Positions 26,398 through 39,569 of a stretch of 64,000 nt of DNA are shown in pieces. Under the pieces are notes generated by a model. It saw nothing but the letters and a program-made list of their open reading frames with translations, was not told the origin of the DNA and did not search any database. This stretch comes from Felis catus (taxonomy: Eukaryota). Positions within the stretch are counted from its first letter, which is position 1, and each line of letters begins with the position of its first letter. A program made the position numbers and the translations under genes. Location of the stretch: NCBI RefSeq assembly GCF_018350175.1, contig NC_058376.1, forward strand, positions 1,984,001 through 2,048,000, given 5' to 3'.

Positions 26398-26845
26398 GTA
26401 TGTGGCGCTCAGTAGGTCACAGTAACGAAGCACCACAGACCGTGGCTTAAACAACAGATTCGTTCTCTCACCGTTTGGAGGCTGGGGGTCTGAGATCAAG
26501 GATCGGCAGGGTTGATTCTTCCTGAGGCCACGAGGGAGAACCTGTCCCGTGCTTTCCCAGCTTCTGGTGTTCGCTGGCAATCTGGGGGTTCCTCGGCTTG
26601 TAGAAGCATCTGCCGATTTCTGCCTGCATCTGCACACGGCACCCTCCCTGGGTGCCTGTCTGCATCCACATTCGTTCATTTTACAAGGACACCAGGTCGT
26701 ATTGGATTAGGATCCCTCTCCCCCAATGACCTCAATGTATCTTGATCCTCTACGAAGACCGCCTTTCCAGTTAAGGTCACATCTGCGGGTACCGGAGGTT
26801 AGGGCTTCAGCACCCTCCTGGGGACACATTTCCACCCAGAGCGAG
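26398..26845 (-). mobile_element. MLT1-type MaLR solo LTR
   Basis: ggcttaaacaacaga...tggaggctgg...gagatcaagg...ttctggtg...cttgtagaagcatc is the reverse complement of MLT1. Confidence 0.8.
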
Positions 26846-27049
26846 CACCTGCTTTGAAGCAGATCCAGAGCCAGAACCTGGGAGGGAAGAAAATGTCGAG
26901 CAGGCCTCCTTTCTCGGGGACTCCAGGCTGCAGCAAGTGAAGGACGGGGTGCAGGTAGCACGTGGCATGACCGGCCAGCAGCACACACACATCTGCTTGT
27001 CCAGGTGTGGCTGAGCTCACGGGACAATTTTTGGTTTTGTGCAGTTGGC

Positions 27050-29100
27050 AGAATACTTGTTAAAAGAGGACGGAAGATTTACGGATGCCCCTCGCCCAGC
27101 TTCCTCTAGTAACATCTCACATACCCATAGATCGATGACGAGTCTTAGAAGTCAACGTTGGCACGTTACTAGTCACTAGAGGACAGACCCACTTCCCACA
27201 AATGTCCCCTCTCTGGTCCGGGACCCCACGCTGCATTTGTAAGGTCTCCCTAGTCTTAGGGAAGACTCAGTCTGAGAGTTTCTTGGTCTTTCCTTATCCT
27301 TTCTGTCTTGACAGTTTTGAAGAGCCCTGACCAGGTGTCTTGTAGAAATTTAGGGTCGTCCGAGGTTTGGTCACAACTAGACCAAGGTTATTATATTTGG
27401 GGAAAGAATCCCACAGTGAAACAAGGGCACATGATGCTGATGTGTCTTGTCACAGGGGATATGGTTATATTTCCCTTTGTAGTTGATAAATATTTGTGGT
27501 GGGGGAGGTTCTATGAAACTTCGCAGATACCGCGTTTGTCCAATGATTTTAGCGTCCCTCTGGGGACTGTGCCTGCAACAAGGTCCCTGTGGTGTTCTGA
27601 TGGTGAGTTTCCACTTCCCCATCCCACCTCCACTTATTAACTGAAATCCTTCTATAAGGAGGAGTTGCCCCTTCCCCTCCACTTATTTACATGTTTTTAT
27701 TCATTTCAATGTGACTTAGAGAGTATTTGTTGTATTATTTGAGTTATAATCCAGTATCATCATCATTTATTTTGTTGTCCGAATTGTCCCAGCTTTGACC
27801 ATTGGGACCTCCTTCGTTTGGCTCTTGTACCTTTCAGCACACCTGCAGCTTTCCAACATCTCACTTCTGGTCCCAGCTCATCTCGAATTCTCCCCTTCCC
27901 CTCCCTACAACCCACCCCTTCTCCAGGGAGCCCTGCTTCTCTCAGCAGATGACGGCATTTAGAAGCCAAGATCCGGAGCTAGATGGGCTCGTTGATGCTG
28001 GGCTCCAGTGGGCCAAGCGAGGAGGTGTGGGTGTGCACACTAGCACATCCCTGGTCTTGGGGGGAGGTGTTCAATATTCACGCCAGTTGGACCGTGGTCG
28101 TGGTGGTTTTGTCTAGATTAGCTTTCTCAGGCTATAAAGCTCCCTCTTACCACTGAGAGATTTCATCCTGAATGGATGTTGGGTTTCATGGGATGCTTTT
28201 CATGTACCTGTTGAGATGATTGCGTCATTTTCTTTTTTAGTCTCTTCATACAGTGAATTACATTAATTGGTTATTAATGCTTTTTATTTTGATATTTACG
28301 GGAAATTGCAAAGCCAGTACAGAGAGGTTCCGTGTACTCACATTAATTGACTTTTGAATTTTGAGCCAGTCTTGAGTTCCTAGGTAAACCTCACTTGGTT
28401 GTGATGATTGTCCTTTTTATATGGTGCTGGATTTGATGTGCTAACATTTTATCCAGGATTCTCATGTCTGCTGTGATGAAGATATAGGTCTGTAGTTTTC
28501 TTTTATTGCAAGGTCTTCAATTTTGATAGTGCTGCCCTCGTGGAAGGAGTGGGCAAGGGTTCCTCCTCTTCTACTTTCTAGAAAAGATTGTGTAGAGTCA
28601 GCGTTTGGTCTTCTTTAAATATCTGGGAGAATTTCCTAAGAAACTGGAGTTTTCTTTAACAGATACAGGACTTTCTGGTCATCTTTCTTCTTTAATGAGT
28701 TTCAGGAATTTGTGCCTACTCGGGAATTGGTCCATTTCACACAGGGTTTGAATATATAAGCATAACGTTGTTTGTGGAGGTCCCTCCTTAACCTTTTAAT
28801 TTGTGGAAAATGGTTGGTAATATCCCTCTTTTGCTCCCGATATTGGTAAGTTGTTTCTTCTTGTTTTTTCCCCCTTGTCAGTCTGGCTGGAAGCTTGTCA
28901 ATTTTATTCATCTTCTCAAAGAAGCAGCTTTGATTTCAATTGATTTCCTCTATTTGTCTTGTTTTCACTCCCTCTGAGTTACATTACATACAATTACATT
29001 AACTTATCCTTCTGCATTCAAGTTTCTTAAATCCAAGTTAGTTGGTCGGTCTGATACCCGTCTTCTCGTCTAATGGAGCACTTAGTTCCATAAACTTCCT
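27050..29100 (-). mobile_element. Old L1 (L1MC/ME-like) fragments
   Basis: Degenerate L1 3' end and ORF2 motifs (peptide NKIDKLPARLTR at 28702-28911). Confidence 0.55.
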
Positions 29101-29970
29101 TCTCCTCTAGCGGCACACTACCAGTCCTCCCTGTGCCAGTAGCCCTGATATGTCAGCCCTTTCCGGCTCCGATTCCAGAATCCCTGGGCCCAGTGCACAC
29201 GTTTGAAGGCTAATAGAATCAAGGAGGAGTCGCCCACAACGGGATCGGAAGGCAGGTGAAGCTCCAGGTGCTGAGCGGTTTGGACTTTCCACATCCTGCA
29301 GCCTGGGGCCACTGCAGCCGGATTCATCCTCTCATCCTGTTCTCACTTGCCGGAAGGACGTGAGATAAGGGAACATGGGAAGCTGGCTCGATCGCAGAGA
29401 TAATCTTGCCTGGCGGGGGAGAGCAGTGTTTTTATTATAAAGGTCCCCGGGGGGCAGGGACTGCCCCTTCATGTTCGCCTCTCCCACCTCTCAGCTCCTG
29501 GCAGAGGAGATTAGAGGTGGCATCTTGGATCAATAGGGACAAGTTCTGTGGGTGGGGCCCTGCGGGCAGCTGAGCATCCTGTCTCGGGAAGAGCTCAGAT
29601 CAAACCCGCTTGTCCCCATGCCAGCCTTGCGGTCTGTGTGATGCGTGACCCGTGTTTCGCCTCCTGAATGCCCATGTGTCCACTGAGGCCGGGCAGTTGC
29701 TATACCTAATGGACAACACTGGAGAAAGGAGGGAAGAGAAGGTTCCGGGTTGGGGCTGGCAAGTGTGGGTCCAGCGGGTGGACTCGTTCCAGCTGTGTGT
29801 GTATTTTTCTGTGTCAGCTGATTAAGGCACCCCGGATACCCTATTGCCGATTTATGCAAAGCGGATGGAACACCATGCTGTGTACTAGCCACGTGGAGCT
29901 TACTCGGCTCCTGCTTAGCCAGCCCTGGGAGCCTGCCTTCCTGCAGGCAGCTACATCCTCCCACAGAACC

Positions 29971-30407
29971 CTCCTTGGGTTCAAGGGTACTCAGTGTGCA
30001 CATTGCCCAAAGGGTCAAGCAGACGGTACAGCAGGGACCGGGGCCTTTGCGCCCAGCTCTCCTGAGAGCTGTGTGTCCCAGAGCCTCTGTCATTGGCCCA
30101 GCACAGGGCTGACTGCCTCGTGAGGGACAGGCAGTCCGTTTCCAGATCAGTCACTGTGAGGCTGTCCATTTCTGGGGAGCGACTTCTACCTGCCAGACAG
30201 TATTTCCAATCCCTCCTACAGCCCTGCAAGGAAGGGGGATACCGTTCCCTATTACTAATGAGGAGATGAGCCTCTGAAAGGCCAATGGCAGAGGCTCTGG
30301 GACACACAGGTCTCAGGAGAGCTGGGCGCAAAGGCCCCGGTCCCTGCTGTACCGTCTGCTTGACCCTTTGGGCAATGTGCACACTGAGTACCCTTGAACC
30401 CAAGGAG
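29971..30407. repeat. Long inverted repeat: 128-bp arms (29971-30098 and 30280-30407), 181-bp spacer
   Basis: Arms are reverse complements with only 2 mismatches by manual comparison. Confidence 0.95.
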
Positions 30408-32379
30408 TTAAAGCAGACTTTGGCGGGAGACTGAAGCGGATGAACATGGATTGAAAAGTGTCGATGCGTGTAGAGGGCTTAGCTCTGGCCGGCCACGGGC
30501 ACTCTTGTTATGCCTTTTCGAGGTTATTCTTGGTGTCATTGCTATTTTGACACCTCCCTGAAAGTGCAGTGGTCCAACTGCCACACTGCTTTTGCCTTCG
30601 CCGGTTTTGGATGTGTCCGTGCTGCAGCCCCAGAGAGCCTCAGGGTCCCGCTCAAAGCCCAGTGTGTCAACCTCTTCCGTATCCCTTGACTTCCTTTAAA
30701 ACAAGTTAAGAAGAGCAGGTTTGAACACACAAAAGGGACATGAGTTACTTTCCTATTCCCGCTCCGTCTTTACATTGTTTTCCTATTTCCTTTTTTAACC
30801 AGTATAACAGGAGAAAAGTGGTCTTTTATCAGGGTTAATTTGCATTAATCTGACTCCTTATTGACTTGAGTATTTCGTCATATGTGAGCCCTTTGGGTTT
30901 CTTCTTTTTTAGGTTGCCTACCTTTGTTTTTGTTGTTGTTGTTGGGTTTTTTTTTTTTTTTTTTTTGGTGAAGATTATTCCTATGTTTTCCTTGTTGGTT
31001 TTCAGGGGCTTCCTGTTCCTTCTGTACCTTTCTTGGTGTGACAGACACCTTTCTTGTTCCGTGCTGGGACTATTGGCTTTGCCCGTGGTGTGGTGTCTTT
31101 CCTGAGCAGAAGTTCTTGTTCTGACATGAGCAAATGTACCGGCTTCTTTCTAATGGCTCGTGTTTATTGAGCTTGTTTGGGGAATCATCTGTACCCCAAA
31201 GTCACAGAGATAGCCACCAATCCTCCAACTTGGAACGTTCACCGTCCGCCCTCCTGGGAGGAGGAGGGAGGGACGTCCTGGGAGGGACGACTACATGTCC
31301 TGTTCAGGGAGGAGTTCAGCCTGGTTTTCTCCCCACAGACACCCAGCCTTGCCATCACCCTCTCTTGAATGCCCTTCCCTCCCCGCTGACCCACGCGGAC
31401 TACTGACCCACGGGCATTTGAATTCTCCATCTCTTGTCATGGGTCCACCTGCCTCTTCTTAGGCCCAAACTGGCCTGATTTGTGATGATGGCTATACAGT
31501 CAGTCTTACTGTCCCACAGAGCAACACTTACAATACCCCAACCTAAATTCCTGGAAATAAACTTCTCCTGGGCTCTGGGCACACAATTTAAATCAATGAA
31601 ATCCCCAGAGTAAGGGGGACTTTCTTGGCCATTGAGTTCTGCCTCCTTTCCCGCCGCAGTGGGGGAGCCCCCCTTCTTGGAGGCCATCTACAGTGTCAGG
31701 GTCCAGCTGGCTGAGGAGCTGTGGCCCACACTTGCACTGCCAGCCGACGCAGGTGGCCTCTCCCGAATAACCCGGGTCTTGATGGGCTCCAGTATAGAAA
31801 GCCCTCCCAGGACACAGTTCTGGAGCGTGAAGGGCCTGGCTCCGGGCCAGAAATCCTATGCGTGACCTATCAGCCCAGCCGCAGTCAATCACAAAGGCTT
31901 CACCCGGCGGGCGGCACGAGAAAGCCCCGCCACACACTGGGATTGGGACACAGCCAGGGCACTGCCATCCTGGGGAAACTGCAGCAGAGATCCAGGCCCG
32001 CCAGCCATGCTCCGACTACATGTGCATTTCTAGCCCTGGCGCCGCCATCAGAGGCCTCCTCGTGGGATGCCTGGAAGCCCCTCCCCCCCGACTCAGTACC
32101 CGTGCTTCATGCCCAACCCTCCCTCCCGCTCCTCCCCACTCCAGGACTCCTCGAACCACCGGAGGCTTTCATCCTGGGCTCCTGGGCATGACCCCCACCA
32201 CATGCCTTTCCCTGGGGGGCGGGGGGGGGGGCAGTCCGCGCTTCCTCTGGTTTTAGCCTCTTGCTCAGACTACCCCAGTAAGTGATGACAGCCTTCACTG
32301 CTTCCTCCGCTTTGCCTTGCTGCTGTTACCGGCTCACCCACCCAGCGGCTCAGCTGGGTCCCTGACCGGGGACGCCCCA

Positions 32380-32465
32380 CCTTCCCATCTTACAGATGAG
32401 AAAACCGAGGCTCTGAGAGTTTCAGTTTCAGTGAGTTAGTTGTGGGACGGCTCTTAAGATCTAGA
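32380..32465 (-). mobile_element. MIR fragment
   Basis: cccatcttacagatgagaaaaccgaggctctgagag core. Confidence 0.7.
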
Positions 32466-32649
32466 GGCTCGTTTAGGACCAACGTGTGGCCGGTTTTGAG
32501 TCCATGTTTTCATGGCTACCACCGCTAAATTGTAAGTACCCTGAGGACAAGTACCCCTGAAGCTGCGCTTTCAAGAAGCCTCTGTAAAGGAAGACCCCCT
32601 AAATGAGAAGAAGCAGGGGCTGTTTCTTCCAAGCTGGCTGTGACAGGGG

Positions 32650-33560
32650 GCCCCCCACCAGCACCGGGTTTGGCAGACTCCGAGCCGGGTAGGGAGGGAA
32701 GTCATAGGGGTAGAAGAGAGGCTCTGGGCAGCCCGGAGACCGTGGGGGTGGGGAAGCTGCAGGCAGCCAAGGCGAAGCCCGGCCTCCGACGTGAGCGGTT
32801 AGGGGTTGAGGGAGGGGGTCAGTCGTCCGCCAGGTCCTGGCTCCTCTGGGCCGACGGCTTCGGGGCCGGCTGCTGTGGAGGCCGGGAGTCGGGGTCCTGT
32901 GGCCATGGGCACGTAGCGTGGGCACGGTCGGCACGCGGCAGGGTCAAGGTCGGCACGTGACGTGGTCGCGGCCCGCACGCGTACGCAGCCTCCGGGCGGA
33001 GGAGGGCGCTGCGGTGCGTGTGTGTCCCGCTGGTTAGAACTAACTTGCCGAGCGTCTCCGTGTGCGTCTGAGTGTCCTGCGGTGGCTCTGCCTCTTGTAG
33101 ACTCGGTCACCCCTCCTCCCTGCCTCCAGCGGGAACACCTCCAGGGAGGCAGGAACTCCCCGCCCGTGCGTGCAGACGGCACGCGGGGCGGGGGTGGAGA
33201 CCCGGAGGCCACGGACCCAGCGTGTGTCGCGGCGGAGCCTTCGCGTCTGCATGGCAGTGGGGGGAGGGGGCCCAGGAAGAGGCTCTTTAGCCAAACAACG
33301 GAGGGAGGGAGGGGCTCCCCGGGGGATCAGCCAGATTCGGGGCTCCCCGTGCTGCTGACGCACCCTGATTGCCTGTGTCCGGGGCGCAGCCGGGCCGAGA
33401 CCCGTCCTGGGTGTTGGCGGCCTGCCTGGTGGCAGATGCGCGTGTCCTGAACGAGGGGCCAGAGCCTGGTGGGGCCTCGGCCTAAACCGTCCGGCCGGGC
33501 CGTGCACCCAGCGTCTCTCGGCGTTTTGGGGGGTGAATGTGGGGCACAGTGTTTCCTTAG
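32650..33560. promoter_or_regulatory. CpG-rich island in TSPEAR intron 1
   Basis: Visibly dense CpG and GC content; CACGTGACGTG at about 32954 and GC boxes; CpG ratio not computed. Confidence 0.55.
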
Positions 33561-33774
33561 AGCCTCACACCCCCCAGGGGCCCCACCTTGACACACCCCC
33601 AGAGGACTTGGAGTCCGACCCTGGTGCCCCTGCCGCCCCAGGCCTCGTCAGGGTTAGGTCCCGGAGCCCAGGCTCGCCCCCACCCTTGAGATGCCAGTCT
33701 TCTCCCTACGGTCGGTCTGGGACCCTGCCCCCCCCCCCCACAGCTGCCTCAGGGGTGACCCCTGCCCTTGGCAT

Positions 33775-33818
33775 GCAGACCCTTGAGGGACGCAGACCCT
33801 TGAGGGACGCAGACCCTT
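33775..33818 (+). repeat. 17-bp tandem repeat GCAGACCCTTGAGGGAC, about 2.6 copies
   Basis: Directly visible. Confidence 0.85.
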
Positions 33819-36632
33819 CTCCAGGAGGGAGTTCTAGCGCTGCTCTTTCCAAGAAGCCGACGGTCTCCCGGCTCTCCACGTGCCATTTGTAACACGGGAA
33901 CAATAGTGACAATGCTGATATACCCGCCCCTCCTCACAGCGCCCCCCAGAGGCATCCGTCGTTGTCCTCCCGACCCAGTTCAGGCCCCTCTCGCGCCCCA
34001 CTGGCCCCCACGCGCCGTGCACAGCTTCCTCTTGACCAGGACCGGCAGGGATCTGACGGTGAAACCCATGGGGGGGTGGGGGGCGTGGAGGGGGTGGAGG
34101 GGGCAGGTGTGATCTGAGTCGTGCTCCATGCTCCTGGGCAGCGTGGGCAGGTCCATGGTCCCCACTGCAATGGCTGCTCCGGGCTCCCCTCCTGTGAACC
34201 CCGGGGGCACAGCCCTGCTCGGTGTCCTGCTGGGGGCATTAGGGAGCCGGAGTATCCATACTGGGGTGCCCATCGTTCTGCTCCCTCCGCCTGGCCCCCA
34301 AGTCCTGATGGCACTCAGTGCTGCAGCCCAGCAGCGCTTGGGACCCGTCTTCCCTGACTCCGGACCACACGCGCGCGACTCGCTGTCTTGTCATTTCTTC
34401 TTCGCACCTGGTGCCTGTCCTCTGAACTCCTGTTTCAGACTTTCCTTCTTATGTCCCTCTGATCCGAGGGGGGGGAAATGTGCCCTATCCTCACAGGTCC
34501 TGGTCCCAGGCCACCTGGCTGCTCAGCCCTGCAGGGGGTGGCCTCTGACGGGGCTGCTGGCCCAGGGCGGGGGCAGGGTTTGCGAGCTCAGCCTGCCCTG
34601 TCCTCAGAAGGGGGTCCAACTAGGGAACAGCAAAGCCCCTCTCAGATGCATCAGTCGCCACCCACCATTCTCGCTGGTGCTGCCTCCAGACTCTGCTTCT
34701 CACAGAAATGGGGAGTCGTGATCATGCCGTCCCCCAACAGGCTAGAAGTGACCCCAGACCCCCACACCCCCTGAGCCACAGCCCTTGCTTCAAGGAGGAT
34801 CACTGGTTCAACCCCTAAGGGAGGGTGTCCCTGGGTTTTCTGGATTATTCTGTGGGCTGCCTGAGAACTGTAGGTGTACGTCTGCCCCGGCTGCTGGGGT
34901 CTGGTCCGGTGTGACTGCGGTGGGTGGCCATGTGACTCAGGAGAGGGAGTGATGTTCCCCAGCCTCGCTGGGAAGGAGCTCTCCACTCTGACTGGTCACC
35001 TGGTGTCCTCACCCACGTTCAGAGAGCAGACAGAGGGCTGGGCGCCCTTCCTCTGCACCCTGATCAAGGCCTTCGAGGTTTTTCCAGGCACAGGGAATCG
35101 GTCACGTCCTCTGTGCGACACCAGCCTGGGCCAGGTGTGCATGAGGTGGACGTAGCCCGCAGGGGCGCCTAGAAGCTGGCAACCGTCTGCAAATATTAGC
35201 CGTCTGTCCCTGCCAGCGGGGACTGGGCTCGGAACCCGTACAACAGGAAAGGTGTGCCGAGCGCCTGTGAGGACAGAGCCAGCCAGAGGGGCGGCAGTCA
35301 CCGCTGAAGTTTTCTGGGTTTTGTTGGTGACGGCGACCCTGCTCTGAAGAGCTGTTCCCCTGGTAAACCAGAGGACCGGTCAGTGACGGCCGAACGTCCA
35401 CCTACTTGGAGCCAGCCACGAACCCAAAGTGGCGCTGTGTGCTCACGGGAGGCGGTCCGGGTTCCTGGGTCCCAGCACCTGCTGCAAACTACTCTTGCCG
35501 CTGTTTCTCTGCCCACGCCCTCACCATGAGCGGCGGACGCAGCCTCTGTGCACAACCCATGTTCAAGACCCTCTGCAGGGTACCCTGCTTTCCCTGCCCA
35601 GTTCACATCAGTGTGGCAGACATTTATCCAGCGACGACGAGAGGCCAGGGGCCGGCCACACACTTCTGGGGAAATGGAGGTACCACAGTGTCCGTCCTGG
35701 ACAGGCCTTGCCCTTGGGAGAGGACACAGGCCACTATGTCCCAGACCAATGCAAGCGGGTATGTGCCGTGGGCCTCGCCAGGCTGCGACGGCACAGAAAA
35801 CCCTTCAAGACCCCGGTCATGGGGCCTCCTGTCCCAGGGAAGCCTCTCCCTCCTGGAAGGACACTGAATCAAGGGACCATGGCTCCTGTAGGGACGGAGG
35901 GAGGGACACCTGTGACAGACCACACTGGACCTCAGGTCAGCCTCCACTGTCATTGCCCGCTGACCTCGCGTGGCCGGGTCGGGAAGGGTCCGGGCGGCAG
36001 CCACGGGCTCTACTCCAAGCCGGCACCTCCCTTCTGGAGGCCGGGCCCTGTGAGCTGGTCCAGAAACAGCCTCTCTGGGCACAGGTGCCCCCCTCCGGGC
36101 TCCCCATTTTCCTTTCCCATCATCTGGCCTCAGCTGAGGCAGGCCAGCCCCTCAGCTGTGTTTCTGACGACCTTGAGCTGTAGGACGGAGGCTCTCCGGG
36201 AGCATGTCTGCCCCTCTGCAGGCTGTGTGAGGAGCAGTGCCCGTCCCACGGCGGCCCTACCTTCCACAGCACGCGGGGACACGAGTCACGGAGCCCCGCT
36301 GAGGCCACAGGAAATGCCATGCTCCACGTTCCAGGGTCCCTGAACTCCTGAAGCCCAGCCCCCGAGGGGACTCGTCCGTCCTCTGTCCCCTGGCTCGCCC
36401 AGCACAGGGCTCGGCTATCAACTGGGAAACAGTGGCGCCACGGGATGTGCTCCGGGGTTTGGCGGAGGGGGTAGGGGTCGCCGCAGACTCAACTGCCGTC
36501 TTAACCCTCGGGGCCTCAGTTTCCCCACTGGTTCAAGGGGAAACTCATAGGGGCCCCATGAGGGTTCAGAGCCTGCCGCGCCAGGCACCCCGTAAGCACC
36601 CGCATAACCCACGTGTGGTTTCCCTGACACAG

Positions 36633-36853
36633 ACCTGCGCCCCCTGGACATCCTGGCAGAGGCCCTCCCTCCAAATGGCGCTGCGGGCGGAATCAGGGTG
36701 ACACAGGCGAATGGCGTGCGAGGACTCCAGCTCTCGGCCGCCGCCCCCCACGCCATGAGCTTCCCCGCATCGAGGATTTTCTTCCAATGCGACCTCTTCC
36801 CTGAAGAATTTTCGATCGTCATAACCTTGAAAGTTCCCAGTCTTCCCCCTAAG
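36633..36853 (+). CDS. TSPEAR: TSPEAR coding exon 2 (N-terminal part of the thrombospondin-type laminin G domain)
   Basis: Acceptor ...tccctgacacAG|AC and donor AAG|GTcagt; 221 bp, phase 1 to phase 0. Translates (D)[73 protein letters not shown], which closely resembles TSPEAR as I recall it. Nested KRTAP10 genes are the known context of TSPEAR. Confidence 0.95.
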
Positions 36854-37913
36854 GTCAGTGATGCTTTTTACTCATGTTCCTTTGTGATGTCCTCACTGCC
36901 CCCACGTACAGCAGGCACAGCCGCTCCAGACTGTGGCCAGGCTCCAGCCAGAGGCTCCTACGGTATCTGTAGGGTCAAGAGTGGCCGGATTCGGTAGGTA
37001 GTGAGGCCCCCGTCACAGTGTGTGTGCAAGCAGAACCTAAGACAACCGTTTGCTGGGAATTCGTACCGGTAATTCCTGCAATGGAAATTTTTCTGGTGGG
37101 CTGAACCGTCGAAGGCTAGGGATGATGCTTAGAGTTTTTACTTTGCCGTCTCTTCATGGGAGATGTAGACAATAAAACGGTAAGAACAGGCCCTGTTGGA
37201 CGTGGTTACCTGCGATCTGCGGTTTCATCCACCTCAGATCCAGCTAATATTCCCATCCCCCCACCAGGCTGGAAGCCCCCCAAGGTGAGGCCCCCAGGGG
37301 CCCGTTGCTGCTTCCCCGTGGGGCCCAGGACAGTGCACTTCATAGGTGTGTGACCAGGTTGGAGTCCTCAGTTAGGAAAGGAGGGCCCTTCCACCCCCGG
37401 TCACGGTCCTTGTTGGCTTGTGCTGTGGAAGGCGACACTCCCCGATGCGTCAGTGACGTCTGCTCACGAAAGCCCCTCTCTTTCCTGCCGTCAAGCCTGC
37501 CGAGTTTTCTACTCCATTCGCTGCATTTTCCCCTTTCTATAATTTCTGTTTTCTTCTGCTTTACATAAATTCCACTTCTCAGCGTAAAGCCTCTGTCTTG
37601 TCAGCTACTGTCCTGAACACGACTCCAATAGTTGGACGCAAGGACTCTACTCTGGACGACTCTGACGTGTGTACCGCCCACGGACTGGCCGTGCTGTCCG
37701 CTTCATCTCTTACTTTCTGCTGTGCTCAGTGATTATTTCTTCGGGTAAAACTTGTGTTGCAGAAACGTCTTTTATCCTAGTGCTTCTACGTAGGGGATTA
37801 AGTACAGCATGTGGTGAACACGTCCTATCACCGAGATCGCGCTACCCAGGGGACTCAAATTACATCACTCCGGGAAGCAGCTTTTATACAAGTGGCTTTC
37901 TTTATGTTGTATT

Positions 37914-38113
37914 TAAAGCTTATTTATGTATTTTGAGAGAGAGAGGGAGGGAGCAGGGGAGGGGCAGGGAGAGAGAGGGAGAGAGAGGGAGAGAGAGAAT
38001 CCCAAGCAGGCTCCGCAGCAGGACTAGAACCCACAAACCTGTGAGATTATGACCCGAACACGGGTCGAAATCAAGAGTCGGACGCTTAACCGACTGAGCC
38101 ACCCAGGCGCCCC
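37914..38113 (-). mobile_element. CanSINE
   Basis: Typical head GGGGCGCCTGGGTGGCTCAGTCGGTTAAGCGTCCGACT on the minus strand. Confidence 0.88.
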
Positions 38114-38149
38114 AGGTCTTCTCATCCTTAAACGGGGGTGTTTTCCCAC

Positions 38150-39565
38150 GGATTTATATTTTCTTTAATGCAACAAAATGATGTTCTACAGCCTCTAGCA
38201 TTTCTCTGTAATCCTCTTTGTTTCTGTAAAGGCTGACAGCACTGTTCTCTCTTTCATTTCTGATTCTCACCATCTGAGTCTTCTCTCTCTCTGTCTCTCC
38301 ATCTGTCTCTCTCTCCCTGGTCAATGTAGCTGAAGGATTGTCAATTTTATTGATCTTTTCAAAGAACCAGTTTTATTGGCTTTATTGACGTTTCTGTATT
38401 ATTTTTCCATTCTCTGTTTAACTTATTTATGGTCTGATCTTTATCATTTCCTTCCTTCTGCTTGTCTGCCATGTCTTAAAGCGGAATATAGCAACTTACA
38501 GCTGTAAATCTCTAAGAAGCTGCATCCTGTAAGTTCTAGTATTTCAATCTTCACTTTCATTCATTTAAAAGTATTTTTTTAATTTAAAAAATTTTTTTAA
38601 TTTATTTTTGAAAAAGAGAGTGAGAGATCACAAGCAGGGAGGGGGGAGAAAGAGGGAGACACAGAATCCGAAGCAGGCTCCAGGCTCTGAGCTATCAGCA
38701 CAGAGCCCGATGCAGGGCTCGAACCCACAAACCATGAGATCATGACCTGAACTGAAGTCAGACGCTCAACCTTCTGAGCCACCCAGGTGCCCCTAAAAGT
38801 ATTTTATGATTTCCCTTTTGAATTCTTCTTTGACGTTTTGGTTATTCAGGAGTGTGTTGTTTAGTGTCCACATATTTATGAATTCCCCCGATTTCTTTTC
38901 TGTTACTAATTTCTAATTTCATTCCCCTGTGGTCAGAGAACATACTTTGCATTTTTGTATCCATTTTAACGTACTGGCGTTTGTTTATGGCCTAGCCTAT
39001 GCTCTGTCCTATTGGATGTGCCGTGTGTGTTACTGAAGGACGTACATTCTGCTGTTGTTGGTTGGGGTGTCCTACAGATGTCCATTAGGTCTTGCTAGTT
39101 TACAGTACTCTTCATGTCCTTGGTGATCTTCTCACCAGTTGTTCTTTCCATTGTTGAAATTGGGATATTGAGGTCTTCAACTAATGTTATTGAATGGTCT
39201 ATTTTTTTCCTTTATGTGTGTCAGCGTTTGCTTTGTCTATTTTGGTACTCAGTTATTATTTGCGTATGTGTTTATAATTGTTACATGTTCCTCATGGATT
39301 GACCTTTTTATCATTATAAAATATCCCTCTTTGTCTCTAGTAACAATTTTTGTTTTAAAGTCTACTTTATCTGATGTTAGTAAATATTAATATTTTCTTG
39401 TGGCTGCTGTTTGCATATGTTTTTCCTATCCTTTTACTTCCAGTCTAGCTGTATCTTTGACTCTAAAGTGTGTCTCCTATAATGAGTATATAGTTGAATC
39501 TCAATTTTATCCAGTCTAACAATCTTCCCCTTGATTGTATTATTTAATTCATTCACAATTGATGT
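38150..39565 (-). mobile_element. Old L1 ORF2 fragment with a CanSINE inserted at 38575-38794 (-)
   Basis: L1 endonuclease-region motifs; SINE flanked by TAAAAGTATTTT duplication. Confidence 0.7.
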
Positions 39566-39569
39566 TATT

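Noticed and set aside
35429-36343. 304-aa ORF and other overlapping ORFs in the GC-rich 32-36 kb, 43-46 kb, 49 kb and 62-63 kb regions
   Set aside because: No recognisable domain, mostly non-ATG starts, and expected by chance at high GC.
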